From the NCBI RefSeq assembly GCF_003334765.1, contig NZ_QOWT01000014.1: 64,000 nucleotides of DNA; one strand, 5' to 3'. The notes beneath the pieces were generated by a model. That model saw only the letters and a program-made list of their open reading frames with translations. It was not told where the DNA came from and ran no database searches. This DNA comes from Escherichia coli. Its GTDB lineage: Bacteria > Pseudomonadota > Gammaproteobacteria > Enterobacterales > Enterobacteriaceae. Positions 41,703 to 52,844 of this stretch are shown here, one piece after another. The position numbers were made by a program, and so were the translations under genes. Positions within the stretch are counted from its first letter, which is position 1; every line of letters starts with the position of its first letter.

Positions 41703-43154
41703 ATGGAGCCATCCTTACGTATTGTCGCGATCACCAACTGCCCCGCCGGGATCGCTCACACCTACATGGTGGCGGAAGCCCTGGAACAGAAAGCCCGTTC
41801 TCTCGGTCATACCATAAAAGTGGAAACTCAAGGGTCCAGTGGCGTTGAAAACCGCTTATCCAGCGAAGAGATTGCCGCTGCCGATTACGTCATTCTCGCT
41901 ACCGGGCGTGGCCTGAGCGGTGATGATCGCGCGCGGTTTGCCGGGAAGAAAGTTTATGAGATTGCCATCTCCCAGGCGTTGAAAAATATCGACCAGATTT
42001 TCAGCGAATTACCGACAAACTCGCAGCTTTTTGCCGCAGATAGCGGCGTGAAGCTTGGCAAACAGGAAGTGCAAAGCGGTAGCGTGATGAGCCACCTGAT
42101 GGCGGGCGTCTCTGCGGCGCTGCCGTTTGTCATCGGCGGTGGTATCCTGGTGGCGCTTGCCAACATGCTGGTGCAGTTCGGTTTGCCGTATACCGATATG
42201 TCGAAAGGCGCGCCGTCGTTTACCTGGGTAGTTGAATCCATCGGTTACCTTGGCTTCACCTTTATGATCCCCATCATGGGCGCTTATATTGCCTCGTCGA
42301 TTGCCGATAAACCGGCTTTCGCTCCGGCGTTTCTGGTTTGCTATCTGGCGAACGACAAAGCGCTGCTCGGCACCCAGTCGGGTGCGGGATTCCTCGGCGC
42401 GGTGGTGCTGGGGCTGGCGATTGGCTATTTCGTCTTCTGGTTCCGCAAAGTGCGCCTTGGCAAAGCATTACAACCGCTGCTCGGTTCAATGCTGATCCCG
42501 TTCGTTACTCTGCTGGTTTTCGGCGTGCTCACTTACTACGTTATCGGGCCGGTGATGTCCGACCTCATGGGCGGGCTGCTCCACTTCCTGAATACCATTC
42601 CTCCATCAATGAAGTTTGCGGCAGCGTTTCTGGTCGGTGCGATGCTGGCGTTCGATATGGGCGGCCCCATCAATAAAACCGCCTGGTTCTTCTGCTTCTC
42701 ACTGCTGGAAAAACACATTTATGACTGGTACGCCATCGTCGGCGTTGTCGCGCTGATGCCGCCCGTCGCGGCGGGTCTTGCGACGTTCATTGCGCCCAAA
42801 CTGTTTACCCGACAGGAAAAAGAGGCTGCCAGTAGTGCCATTGTGGTCGGTGCCACAGTCGCAACCGAACCGGCTATTCCTTACGCTCTGGCAGCTCCGT
42901 TGCCGATGATTACCGCCAATACGCTGGCGGGCGGCATTACCGGCGTGCTGGTGATCGCTTTCGGAATCAAACGTCTGGCACCTGGTTTGGGTATCTTTGA
43001 CCCGCTGATCGGCCTGATGTCGCCGGTGGGTTCGTTTTATCTGGTGCTGGCGATTGGCCTCGCGCTGAACATTTCATTCATTATCGTCCTGAAAGGATTG
43101 TGGTTACGCCGCAAAGCGAAAGCCGCGCAACAGGAGCTTGTCCATGAACATTGA
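41703..43154 (+). CDS. frvB: PTS fructose-like enzyme IIBC component
   Basis: Track starts at GTG 41697; ATG at 41703 has SD AAGGAAG 5 nt upstream and gives 483 aa; N-terminal IIB Cys motif (ITNCPAGIAHTYM) plus polytopic IIC. Confidence 0.9.
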   Translation: MEPSLRIVAITNCPAGIAHTYMVAEALEQKARSLGHTIKVETQGSSGVENRLSSEEIAAADYVILATGRGLSGDDRARFAGKKVYEIAISQALKNIDQIFSELPTNSQLFAADSGVKLGKQEVQSGSVMSHLMAGVSAALPFVIGGGILVALANMLVQFGLPYTDMSKGAPSFTWVVESIGYLGFTFMIPIMGAYIASSIADKPAFAPAFLVCYLANDKALLGTQSGAGFLGAVVLGLAIGYFVFWFRKVRLGKALQPLLGSMLIPFVTLLVFGVLTYYVIGPVMSDLMGGLLHFLNTIPPSMKFAAAFLVGAMLAFDMGGPINKTAWFFCFSLLEKHIYDWYAIVGVVALMPPVAAGLATFIAPKLFTRQEKEAASSAIVVGATVATEPAIPYALAAPLPMITANTLAGGITGVLVIAFGIKRLAPGLGIFDPLIGLMSPVGSFYLVLAIGLALNISFIIVLKGLWLRRKAKAAQQELVHEH

Positions 43155-44214
43155 GTTACTGCAACAGTTGTGCGAAGCCAGCGCCGTCAGCGGCGATGAA
43201 CAGGAAGTTCGCGACATTCTGATAAACACGCTGGAACCTTGCGTGAATGAAATCACCTTCGATGGTCTGGGCAGCTTTGTTGCCCGTAAGGGGAATAAAG
43301 GTCCAAAAGTTGCCGTTGTCGGACATATGGATGAAGTCGGCTTTATGGTCACCCACATCGACGAGAGCGGTTTTCTGCGTTTTACCACCATTGGCGGCTG
43401 GTGGAATCAGTCGATGCTCAACCACCGGGTAACCATACGCACACACAAGGGAGTGAAAATCCCTGGTGTGATTGGTTCCGTCGCGCCTCATGCGTTAACG
43501 GAAAAGCAAAAGCAACAACCGCTGTCATTTGATGAGATGTTCATTGATATTGGCGCGAACAGTCGCGAAGAGGTGGAAAAGCGCGGCGTGGAAATTGGTA
43601 ATTTTATTAGCCCGGAAGCCAATTTTGCCTGCTGGGGCGAAGATAAAGTGGTCGGCAAGGCGTTGGATAACCGCATCGGCTGCGCAATGATGGCTGAACT
43701 ATTGCAGACGGTGAATAATCCCGAAATTACGCTGTATGGCGTTGGCAGTGTGGAAGAAGAAGTTGGGCTACGCGGGGCGCAAACCTCGGCGGAACACATT
43801 AAACCGGACGTCGTGATCGTGTTGGATACCGCCGTAGCGGGCGATGTTCCGGGCATTGATAACATTAAATACCCGCTGAAACTGGGCCAGGGGCCGGGGC
43901 TGATGCTGTTTGACAAGCGCTACTTCCCCAACCAGAAACTGGTAGCAGCGTTAAAAAGCTGTGCCGCACATAACGATTTACCGCTGCAATTTTCCACCAT
44001 GAAAACCGGTGCGACGGATGGCGGGCGCTACAACGTGATGGGCGGCGGGCGTCCGGTTGTCGCGCTGTGTCTGCCAACTCGTTATCTGCACGCCAACAGC
44101 GGTATGATTTCAAAAGCCGATTACGAAGCTCTGCTCACGCTGATACGGGGTTTTCTGACGACCTTAACTGCGGAGAAAGTCAACGCGTTTAGCCAGTTCC
44201 GTCAGGTGGATTAA
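43144..44214 (+). CDS. frvX: M42-family aminopeptidase/cellulase-like protein FrvX
   Basis: Track starts at TTG 43138; ATG at 43144 with SD AGGAG 7 nt upstream gives 356 aa MNIELLQQLCEASAVSGDEQEVRDIL. Confidence 0.9.
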   Translation: MNIELLQQLCEASAVSGDEQEVRDILINTLEPCVNEITFDGLGSFVARKGNKGPKVAVVGHMDEVGFMVTHIDESGFLRFTTIGGWWNQSMLNHRVTIRTHKGVKIPGVIGSVAPHALTEKQKQQPLSFDEMFIDIGANSREEVEKRGVEIGNFISPEANFACWGEDKVVGKALDNRIGCAMMAELLQTVNNPEITLYGVGSVEEEVGLRGAQTSAEHIKPDVVIVLDTAVAGDVPGIDNIKYPLKLGQGPGLMLFDKRYFPNQKLVAALKSCAAHNDLPLQFSTMKTGATDGGRYNVMGGGRPVVALCLPTRYLHANSGMISKADYEALLTLIRGFLTTLTAEKVNAFSQFRQVD

Positions 44215-45962
44215 TGCTAAACGAACGCCAGTTAAAGATTGTCGATCTGCTGGAGCAACAGCCGCGCACGCCTGGCGAGCTGGCGCAACAGACTGGCGTT
44301 TCAGGCAGGACCATCCTGCGTGATATTGACTATCTCAACTTCACCCTTAACGGCAAAGCCCGCATTTTCGCCAGTGGCAGTGCGGGCTATCAGCTGGAAA
44401 TCTTCGAGCGCCGCAGCTTTTTTCAGTTGCTGCAAAAGCACGATAACGACGATCGGCTGCTGGCGCTGTTATTACTGAATACTTTCACTCCCCGTGCGCA
44501 ACTCGCCTCGGCGCTTAATTTGCCAGAAACGTGGGTAGCAGAGCGTCTGCCCCGGTTAAAACAGCGTTATGAACGCACTTGTTGCCTGGCCAGCCGCCCT
44601 GGTTTGGGCCATTTCATTGATGAGACAGAAGAGAAACGCGTTATCTTGCTGGCGAACTTGCTGCGCAAAGATCCGTTTTTAATTCCGCTGGCGGGCATAA
44701 CACGAGACAACCTTCAGCATTTATCCACGGCCTGCGACAACCAACACCGCTGGCCGCTCATGCAGGGTGATTATCTCTCCAGCCTGATTCTGGCGATTTA
44801 CGCCCTGCGTAATCAACTGACCGATGAGTGGCCGCAATATCCCGGTGACGAGATAAAACAAATCGTTGAACATAGCGGTCTGTTTCTTGGTGATAACGCT
44901 GTAAGAACCCTGACGGGTTTGATAGAGAAACAGCATCAGCAAGCGCAGGTAATTTCAGCCGATAATGTGCAGGGGTTGCTGCAAAGGGTGCCGGGCATCG
45001 CGTCATTGAATATTATTGATGCGCAGCTGGTTGAGAATATTACCGGGCATTTATTACGTTGCCTTGCCGCACCAGTGTGGATTGCTGAGCACCGCCAGAG
45101 CAGCATGAATAACCTGAAAGCCGCCTGGCCTGCGGCCTTTGATATGAGTCTGCACTTTATTACGCTACTGCGTGAACAGCTCGATATTCCCCTTTTCGAC
45201 AGCGATCTGATCGGTTTGTATTTTGCCTGTGCGCTGGAGCGGCATCAAAACGAACGCCAGCCGATCATTTTGCTCTCGGACCAGAACGCGATTGCCACTA
45301 TTAATCAGCTCGCCATTGAGCGCGATGTTTTAAATTGTCGGGTAATTATTGCCCGTAGCTTAAGCGAACTTGTTGCCATTCGCGAAGAGATTGAGCCGTT
45401 ATTGATCATTAACAACAGCCATTATTTACTGGATGACGCGGTAAATAATTACATCACCGTAAAAAATATCATTACGGCTGCCGGTATCGAACAAATAAAA
45501 CATTTTCTGGCGACGGCATTTATTCGCCAACAGCCGGAGCGTTTTTTCTCTGCCCCCGGAAGTTTTCATTATTCGAATGTACGCGGTGAAAGCTGGCAAC
45601 ATATTACCCGGCAAATTTGTGCGCAATTAGTCGCACAACACCATATTACCGCCGATGAAGCACAACGCATCATCGCCCGCGAAGGCGAAGGTGAAAACCT
45701 GATTGTTAATCGCCTCGCCATCCCACATTGCTGGAGCGAACAGGAGCGACGTTTTCGTGGATTTTTTATTACCCTCGCCCAACCAGTTGAGGTGAATAAC
45801 GAAGTCATTAACCATGTCTTGATCGCCTGCGCCGCCGCCGATGCGCGTCATGAGCTAAAAATATTTAGCTATCTGGCAAGCATATTGTGTCAGCATCCGG
45901 CGGAGATTATTGCCGGGTTAACAGGATATGAGGCATTTATGGAGTTACTTCACAAGGGGTGA
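44214..45962 (+). CDS. frvR: frv operon transcriptional regulator (HTH plus PTS-regulation-like domains)
   Basis: 582-aa ORF MLNERQLKIVDLLEQQPRTPGELAQQTGVSGRTILRDIDYL; start overlaps frvX stop by 1 nt. Confidence 0.9.
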   Translation: MLNERQLKIVDLLEQQPRTPGELAQQTGVSGRTILRDIDYLNFTLNGKARIFASGSAGYQLEIFERRSFFQLLQKHDNDDRLLALLLLNTFTPRAQLASALNLPETWVAERLPRLKQRYERTCCLASRPGLGHFIDETEEKRVILLANLLRKDPFLIPLAGITRDNLQHLSTACDNQHRWPLMQGDYLSSLILAIYALRNQLTDEWPQYPGDEIKQIVEHSGLFLGDNAVRTLTGLIEKQHQQAQVISADNVQGLLQRVPGIASLNIIDAQLVENITGHLLRCLAAPVWIAEHRQSSMNNLKAAWPAAFDMSLHFITLLREQLDIPLFDSDLIGLYFACALERHQNERQPIILLSDQNAIATINQLAIERDVLNCRVIIARSLSELVAIREEIEPLLIINNSHYLLDDAVNNYITVKNIITAAGIEQIKHFLATAFIRQQPERFFSAPGSFHYSNVRGESWQHITRQICAQLVAQHHITADEAQRIIAREGEGENLIVNRLAIPHCWSEQERRFRGFFITLAQPVEVNNEVINHVLIACAAADARHELKIFSYLASILCQHPAEIIAGLTGYEAFMELLHKG

Positions 45963-45965
45963 ACT

Positions 45966-45990
45966 GTGTCGGATGCGCCGCATCCGACAC
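45966..45990. terminator. near-perfect 12-bp-arm hairpin between convergent frvR and yiiG
   Basis: GTGTCGGATGCG-C-CGCATCCGACAC directly after frvR stop; REP-like core; no strong T-run. Confidence 0.45.
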
Positions 45991-46011
45991 TGCATTTATC
46001 ATCAAAAACGT

Positions 46012-47067
46012 TTAACGCAGGCTATTATAGTCATCAACCATTTCGTTGTACTCGCGTAATGCTCTCGGGAAAGAGTCTTCGACCATCCAGCTTGAGTTTG
46101 CGTCCTGAAGTTGCTCTTTATCCCAGTCAGAGTACGGGACTTTATCTCTGATGCGGCGAACGTATTTTTTAGCCTCGAGTTGATACTGGCCTGCCGAATT
46201 AATAAACGAGAAATTCATGCCGCCTTTATCCGCTTCTTTGGCCTGCGCCACTAGCGTTTCCAGTTCAGACACTTTCTTCATTGCCGCTTCTGCATCAAAC
46301 TTATCTTGCGATATCAGGTTATTAATTTGTTTCGCTGAAATCATGACTGCCAGAGAGTAGTAGTGGAATGTTTTCCCTTCTCTTTCTTCAATATTTTTCA
46401 GTTCCGCAAGCTGACGCTTATCATTAATTTCCTGAATCGCCGCATGATAAGATTCGGCTACAGGTTCAAAGGCTTCCAGATTTTTTAAGAATGTCTGGTG
46501 CAGCGTTTTCCCTTTCGCAAACGCATCGTCTTTATAATTTTCCTGGGTGTAATATTTATCCATTTCGTTAATGGTATTACCCAACGCCACGGCAGCATCG
46601 ATATAACTCACCGCCACGCCATCAATTGGTTGCAGCGCAGGCGTTAACGCCACAGCACTTTTTACGCCTTTTTCACACTCAGCGAGGTTGGATTCACTAA
46701 TGCCGTAGATGCCATAAACAGTACGCTCTTCACCGGTAGGCCCCTGTTTAAAATCTTTCAGCCAGTCAGCATAACGCGCCAGACTGCGCTGTACCGGGAT
46801 CTGTAACTTGTTGTAGCACTTGATATAGACATCCATTTTTTCGTCGAAAACCGCTTGTTCATCGACCACCGGTTGCGCAGGTGTTTCAGGTTTAGCTTCT
46901 GCTTTTGCAACGGGAGCTTCAGTAGGTTTCGCTTCAGGAGCTGGTGCGGCAGGTTGACTATTGGCAGGCGGGAGCGTTTCTGTTTCGGCTTTTTTATCAT
47001 CACAACCCGTCAGACCGAGGGACATGATGGCGACTATAATAGCGGAAGATAATAAATTCCTTTTCAT
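46012..47067 (-). CDS. yiiG: YiiG, predicted lipoprotein of unknown function
   Basis: 351-aa ORF with lipoprotein signal MKRNLLSSAIIVAIMSLGLTGC; Pro/Ala/Glu-rich linker. Confidence 0.88.
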   Translation of the reverse strand: MKRNLLSSAIIVAIMSLGLTGCDDKKAETETLPPANSQPAAPAPEAKPTEAPVAKAEAKPETPAQPVVDEQAVFDEKMDVYIKCYNKLQIPVQRSLARYADWLKDFKQGPTGEERTVYGIYGISESNLAECEKGVKSAVALTPALQPIDGVAVSYIDAAVALGNTINEMDKYYTQENYKDDAFAKGKTLHQTFLKNLEAFEPVAESYHAAIQEINDKRQLAELKNIEEREGKTFHYYSLAVMISAKQINNLISQDKFDAEAAMKKVSELETLVAQAKEADKGGMNFSFINSAGQYQLEAKKYVRRIRDKVPYSDWDKEQLQDANSSWMVEDSFPRALREYNEMVDDYNSLR

Positions 47068-47176
47068 TTAATTGCCTTATAAATATATAGATAAGAGAGT
47101 GAACATAATAAATGAAAAAAGAAAACGCCACTACACGCATTTTGTTTATAAATAAAATAATAAAATTCACGAAATG

Positions 47177-47217
47177 AATAAGTCCTGCAATTTAATATAT
47201 TTCGCAGGACTTATTTT
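47177..47217 (-). terminator. candidate terminator hairpin after fdhD
   Basis: AATAAGTCCTGC-(15 nt loop)-GCAGGACTTATT immediately downstream of fdhD stop. Confidence 0.45.
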
Positions 47218-47219
47218 AA

Positions 47220-48053
47220 TTAATTGCTCAAACGCTGCGGATGGGTATAAACCGTTGCCCGACCCGGTTTACAAAAACCTACCAGTGTCAGATTACAGCG
47301 CTCAGCCACTTCTACAGCAAGCGTGGTCGCGGCAGACACCGCAAACAAAATCTCTACGCCGCACATCGCCGACTTTTGCACCATTTCATAACTGGCACGA
47401 CTGGAAACCAGTACCGCACCTTGCTGCCAGCTTTCCCCTTCTTGTGACCGGCGGCCTAACAGTTTGTCCAGCGCCACATGGCGACCCACGTCTTCATGCC
47501 CGCCGACCAGTTCGCCAGATGGCAACATCCAGGCAGCGGCGTGAGTACAACCAGTCAGTTGCCCCACTGGCTGAAAATCGTTGAGATGACGTAATGCATC
47601 ATCCAGTTTGTTGAGATCAAACGTCTGGGTGAACGGTAGCGGCTGCACCGGTTTTCCGATGTCATTAAGTTGCTCCACGCCGCATACGCCACAGCCCGTA
47701 CGTCCCGCCAGCGCCCGGCGGCGCTCCTTCAACCCCATAAAGCGGCGGCTGGAAAGCTCAATTTGTACTTCAAGACCATTACAGGAAGGAACGACATCCA
47801 TGCCGAAGATATCGCGCGGACTTTCGATAATCCCCTCGGAAAGCGAAAAACCGAGCGCAAAGTACTCAAGGTCTTTGGGCGACGCCATCATCACCACATG
47901 CGAAATGCCGTTGTAGACCAGCGCAACGGGAACTTCTTCCGCGACCTCATCTAACCGTGGGTGTTGTAAATCATCACGCCGCCATAACTCAATTTGACGA
48001 ACACCTGTGATATTTGTCACATTTTCGATTTCTTTTCGCTGTGTTTTTTTCAC
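47220..48053 (-). CDS. fdhD: formate dehydrogenase sulfurtransferase/accessory protein FdhD
   Basis: 277-aa [40 protein letters not shown]. Confidence 0.95.
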
Positions 48054-48246
48054 TTTCTCTTAACCAGATAAGAACACACACACCAACATTATGGTATTCT
48101 GTTACAAACCCTTCCTGGATGGAGGGAAATTGAGCCAATTCTGGACCTTTGCGGCCCCTTCCGCAAAGAAAAATAACTCCCACTCCCTGCACACGCAGCA
48201 AGCGAATGTAAATGGGACGTGACAATGTCGAAACAAGGAGCAATCC

Positions 48247-51200
48247 ATGCAGGTCAGCAGAAGGCAGTTCTTTAAGATCTGCGCTGGCGGTATGGCAGGC
48301 ACCACGGCAGCGGCACTGGGTTTTGCACCCAGCGTAGCACTCGCGGAAACCCGGCAGTATAAACTGCTGCGCACCCGCGAAACCCGTAATACCTGCACCT
48401 ATTGTTCCGTAGGCTGTGGGCTGTTGATGTACAGCCTCGGTGACGGAGCAAAAAACGCCAAAGCATCTATCTTCCATATCGAAGGCGATCCGGATCACCC
48501 GGTCAACCGCGGTGCACTTTGTCCGAAAGGCGCTGGCCTGGTGGATTTCATCCACTCCGAAAGCCGTCTGAAGTTTCCGGAATACCGTGCGCCAGGTTCT
48601 GATAAATGGCAGCAAATCAGTTGGGAAGAGGCGTTTGATCGCATCGCCAAACTGATGAAAGAAGACCGCGATGCTAACTACATTGCGCAAAACGCCGAAG
48701 GCGTGACTGTTAACCGCTGGCTCTCCACCGGGATGCTGTGTGCTTCCGCGTCGAGTAACGAAACCGGCTATTTAACGCAAAAATTCTCCCGCGCGCTGGG
48801 TATGCTCGCGGTCGACAACCAGGCGCGTGTCTGACACGGACCAACGGTAGCAAGTCTTGCTCCAACATTTGGTCGCGGTGCGATGACCAACCACTGGGTC
48901 GACATCAAGAACGCCAACCTCGTCGTGGTGATGGGCGGTAACGCCGCTGAAGCTCACCCGGTCGGGTTCCGCTGGGCGATGGAAGCCAAAATTCACAACG
49001 GCGCGAAGCTGATTGTGATCGATCCTCGCTTTACGCGTACGGCGGCGGTAGCTGACTACTATGCCCCTATTCGTTCCGGTACTGACATTGCTTTCCTGTC
49101 AGGCGTATTGCTGTACCTGCTGAACAATGAAAAATTCAACCGCGAATACACCGAAGCCTATACCAACGCCAGCCTGATCGTGCGTGAGGATTACGGCTTT
49201 GAAGATGGCCTGTTCACCGGCTACGACGCGGAAAAACGCAAGTACGATAAATCCTCCTGGACTTATGAACTGGACGAAAACGGCTTCGCCAAACGCGATA
49301 CCACGCTGCAACATCCGCGCTGCGTGTGGAACTTGCTGAAACAGCACGTTTCCCGCTACACGCCAGATGTGGTTGAAAACATCTGTGGTACGCCAAAAGA
49401 CGCGTTCCTGAAAGTCTGCGAATACATCGCAGAAACCAGTGCTCACGATAAAACTGCCTCGTTCCTGTATGCCCTCGGCTGGACGCAACACTCCGTTGGT
49501 GCGCAAAACATTCGTACGATGGCGATGATCCAGCTGCTGCTCGGCAATATGGGGATGGCAGGCGGCGGCGTTAACGCCCTGCGCGGTCACTCCAATATTC
49601 AGGGGCTGACGGACCTGGGGCTGCTGTCGCAGAGCCTGCCAGGTTACATGACGCTGCCAAGCGAGAAGCAGACCGATCTGCAAACCTACCTTACCGCCAA
49701 CACGCCAAAACCGCTGCTGGAAGGCCAGGTAAACTACTGGGGCAACTACCCGAAATTCTTCGTCTCTATGATGAAGGCCTTCTTTGGTGATAAAGCGACG
49801 GCGGAAAATAGCTGGGGCTTTGACTGGTTGCCGAAGTGGGATAAAGGCTACGACGTCCTGCAATACTTCGAGATGATGAAAGAGGGCAAGGTCAATGGCT
49901 ATATCTGCCAGGGCTTTAACCCTGTTGCCTCATTCCCGAACAAAAACAAAGTGATCGGTTGTCTGTCGAAACTGAAGTTCCTCGTCACCATCGACCCACT
50001 GAACACTGAAACCTCTAACTTCTGGCAGAACCACGGTGAGCTGAACGAAGTTGACTCGTCGAAGATCCAGACCGAAGTGTTCCGTCTGCCATCGACCTGC
50101 TTCGCGGAAGAGAACGGTTCTATCGTTAACTCAGGTCGCTGGTTACAGTGGCACTGGAAAGGTGCGGACGCCCCGGGGATTGCGCTGACTGACGGCGAGA
50201 TCCTCTCCGGTATCTTCCTGCGCTTGCGCAAGATGTATGCCGAACAGGGTGGCGCGAACCCGGACCAGGTGCTGAACATGACATGGAACTACGCCATTCC
50301 GCATGAGCCATCTTCAGAAGAAGTGGCGATGGAGAGCAACGGTAAGGCGCTGGCCGATATTACCGATCCGGCAACCGGTGCGGTTATCGTCAAGAAAGGC
50401 CAACAACTTAGTTCGTTCGCCCAATTGCGCGATGACGGTACAACCTCCTGTGGCTGCTGGATTTTCGCCGGTAGCTGGACGCCGGAAGGCAACCAGATGG
50501 CACGCCGTGATAACGCCGATCCGTCTGGCCTCGGTAACACGCTGGGCTGGGCATGGGCATGGCCGCTTAACCGCCGCATTCTGTATAACCGCGCCTCCGC
50601 AGATCCGCAGGGTAACCCGTGGGATCCGAAGCGTCAGTTGCTGAAATGGGACGGCACTAAGTGGACCGGCTGGGATATTCCGGACTACAGCGCAGCGCCT
50701 CCGGGTAGCGGCGTCGGGCCGTTTATCATGCAGCAGGAAGGCATGGGGCGTCTGTTTGCCCTCGATAAGATGGCGGAAGGTCCGTTCCCGGAACACTACG
50801 AGCCGTTTGAAACGCCGCTGGGAACTAACCCGCTGCATCCAAACGTTATCTCGAACCCGGCTGCACGTATCTTTAAAGACGACGCCGAAGCATTGGGTAA
50901 AGCCGATAAGTTCCCGTATGTCGGAACCACCTATCGTCTGACCGAGCACTTCCACTACTGGACCAAACACGCGCTGTTGAACGCGATTTTGCAGCCAGAG
51001 CAGTTTGTGGAAATCGGGGAGTCGCTGGCGAATAAACTTGGCATTGCCCAGGGCGATACCGTGAAAGTCTCCTCCAACCGTGGCTATATCAAAGCCAAAG
51101 CGGTGGTGACCAAACGTATTCGCACGCTGAAAGCGAACGGCAAAGATATCGATACCATCGGTATTCCGATTCACTGGGGCTATGAAGGCGTAGCTAAAAA

Positions 51201-51297
51201 AGGCTTTATTGCCAATACTTTAACGCCATTCGTTGGTGATGCGAACACGCAGACGCCGGAGTTTAAGTCCTTCCTTGTGAATGTGGAAAAGGTGTAA
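48247..51297 (+). CDS. fdoG: formate dehydrogenase-O major subunit; selenocysteine encoded by in-frame TGA at 48832-48834
   Basis: Two track ORFs (48247..48834 and 48883..51297) are in the same frame, separated by a single TGA; Tat signal MQVSRRQFFKICAGGMAGTTAAALG; joined length 1016 aa. Confidence 0.93.
48835..48875 (+). promoter_or_regulatory. SECIS-like hairpin directing Sec insertion at fdoG UGA
   Basis: Imperfect stem-loop GGTAGCAAGTCTTGCTCC immediately 3' of the UGA; fold not verified. Confidence 0.55.
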
Positions 51298-51309
51298 CGG
51301 AGACGACAT

Positions 51310-52212
51310 ATGGCTTATCAATCTCAAGATATCATTCGTCGTTCCGCGACTAACGGTCTGACCCCCGCGCCTCAGGCGCGGGACTTCCAGGAAGAAGTGG
51401 CGAAACTCATCGACGTTACCACCTGTATCGGCTGTAAAGCCTGTCAGGTGGCGTGTTCAGAGTGGAACGACATTCGCGATACCGTCGGCAATAACATTGG
51501 GGTGTACGACAACCCCAATGATTTAAGCGCCAAATCGTGGACGGTAATGCGCTTCTCGGAAGTGGAGCAGAACGACAAACTGGAATGGCTGATCCGCAAA
51601 GACGGCTGTATGCACTGTTCCGATCCAGGCTGCCTGAAAGCGTGCCCGGCGGAAGGTGCAATTATTCAGTATGCCAACGGTATCGTCGACTTCCAGTCCG
51701 AGCAGTGCATTGGCTGCGGTTATTGCATTGCGGGCTGTCCGTTCGACATTCCGCGCCTCAACCCGGAAGACAACCGCGTCTACAAATGTACGCTGTGCGT
51801 TGACCGCGTGGTGGTTGGGCAAGAACCAGCCTGCGTGAAGACCTGCCCAACGGGCGCGATTCACTTCGGTACGAAAGAGTCGATGAAAACGCTGGCGAGC
51901 GAGCGCGTTGCTGAGCTGAAAACCCGCGGTTACGACAATGCGGGTCTGTACGATCCGGCAGGCGTCGGTGGTACACACGTCATGTACGTGCTGCACCATG
52001 CTGACAAGCCAAATCTGTATCATGGCTTGCCGGAGAACCCGGAAATCAGCGAAACCGTGAAATTCTGGAAAGGCATCTGGAAACCGCTCGCGGCTGTTGG
52101 CTTTGCGGCTACCTTTGCGGCCAGTATCTTCCACTACGTGGGTGTCGGTCCGAACCGTGCGGATGAGGAAGAGAATAATCTGCACGAAGAGAAAGACGAG
52201 GAGCGCAAATGA
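51310..52212 (+). CDS. fdoH: formate dehydrogenase-O iron-sulfur subunit
   Basis: 300-aa ORF with four CxxCxxCxxxCP-type ferredoxin motifs. Confidence 0.96.
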
Positions 52213-52844
52213 AACGACGTGACACCATCGTGCGCTACACCGCGCCGGAACGTATCAACCACTGGATCACCGCCTTCTGCTTCATCCTGGCGGCGGTGAG
52301 CGGGCTGGGCTTTTTGTTCCCGTCCTTCAACTGGTTGATGCAAATCATGGGCACACCGCAGCTGGCGCGAATTCTGCACCCGTTTGTCGGCGTGGTTATG
52401 TTTGCCTCGTTCATCATCATGTTTTTCCGTTACTGGCATCACAACCTAATCAATCGGGATGATATCTTTTGGGCGAAGAATATTCGTAAGATCGTCGTCA
52501 ACGAGGAAGTAGGTGACACCGGGCGTTATAACTTCGGTCAGAAATGCGTTTTCTGGGCGGCGATTATTTTCCTGGTTCTGCTGCTGGTGAGCGGCGTGAT
52601 TATCTGGCGTCCTTATTTTGCGCCTGCTTTCTCAATCCCGGTGATCCGATTCGCGTTAATGCTGCATTCATTTGCCGCAGTGGCGTTAATTGTGGTTATC
52701 ATGGTGCATATCTACGCCGCCCTTTGGGTGAAAGGCACGATTACCGCCATGGTGGAAGGATGGGTTACCAGCGCCTGGGCGAAGAAACATCACCCGCGCT
52801 GGTACCGTGAGGTCCGCAAGACAACGGAAAAGAAAGCTGAATGA
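52209..52844 (+). CDS. fdoI: formate dehydrogenase-O cytochrome b556 subunit
   Basis: 211-aa membrane [38 protein letters not shown]; overlaps fdoH stop. Confidence 0.95.

Noticed and set aside
45966-45990. Possible REP element or mobile-element end between frvR and yiiG
   Set aside because: Only a single hairpin with a REP-like core; no inverted-repeat partner, target-site duplication or transposase nearby; treated as a terminator-like hairpin.
49099-51174. Two long minus-strand ORFs (254 and 286 aa) inside fdoG
   Set aside because: Antisense to the selenoprotein gene; no independent support.
51523-52185. 220-aa minus-strand ORF inside fdoH
   Set aside because: Antisense shadow ORF.
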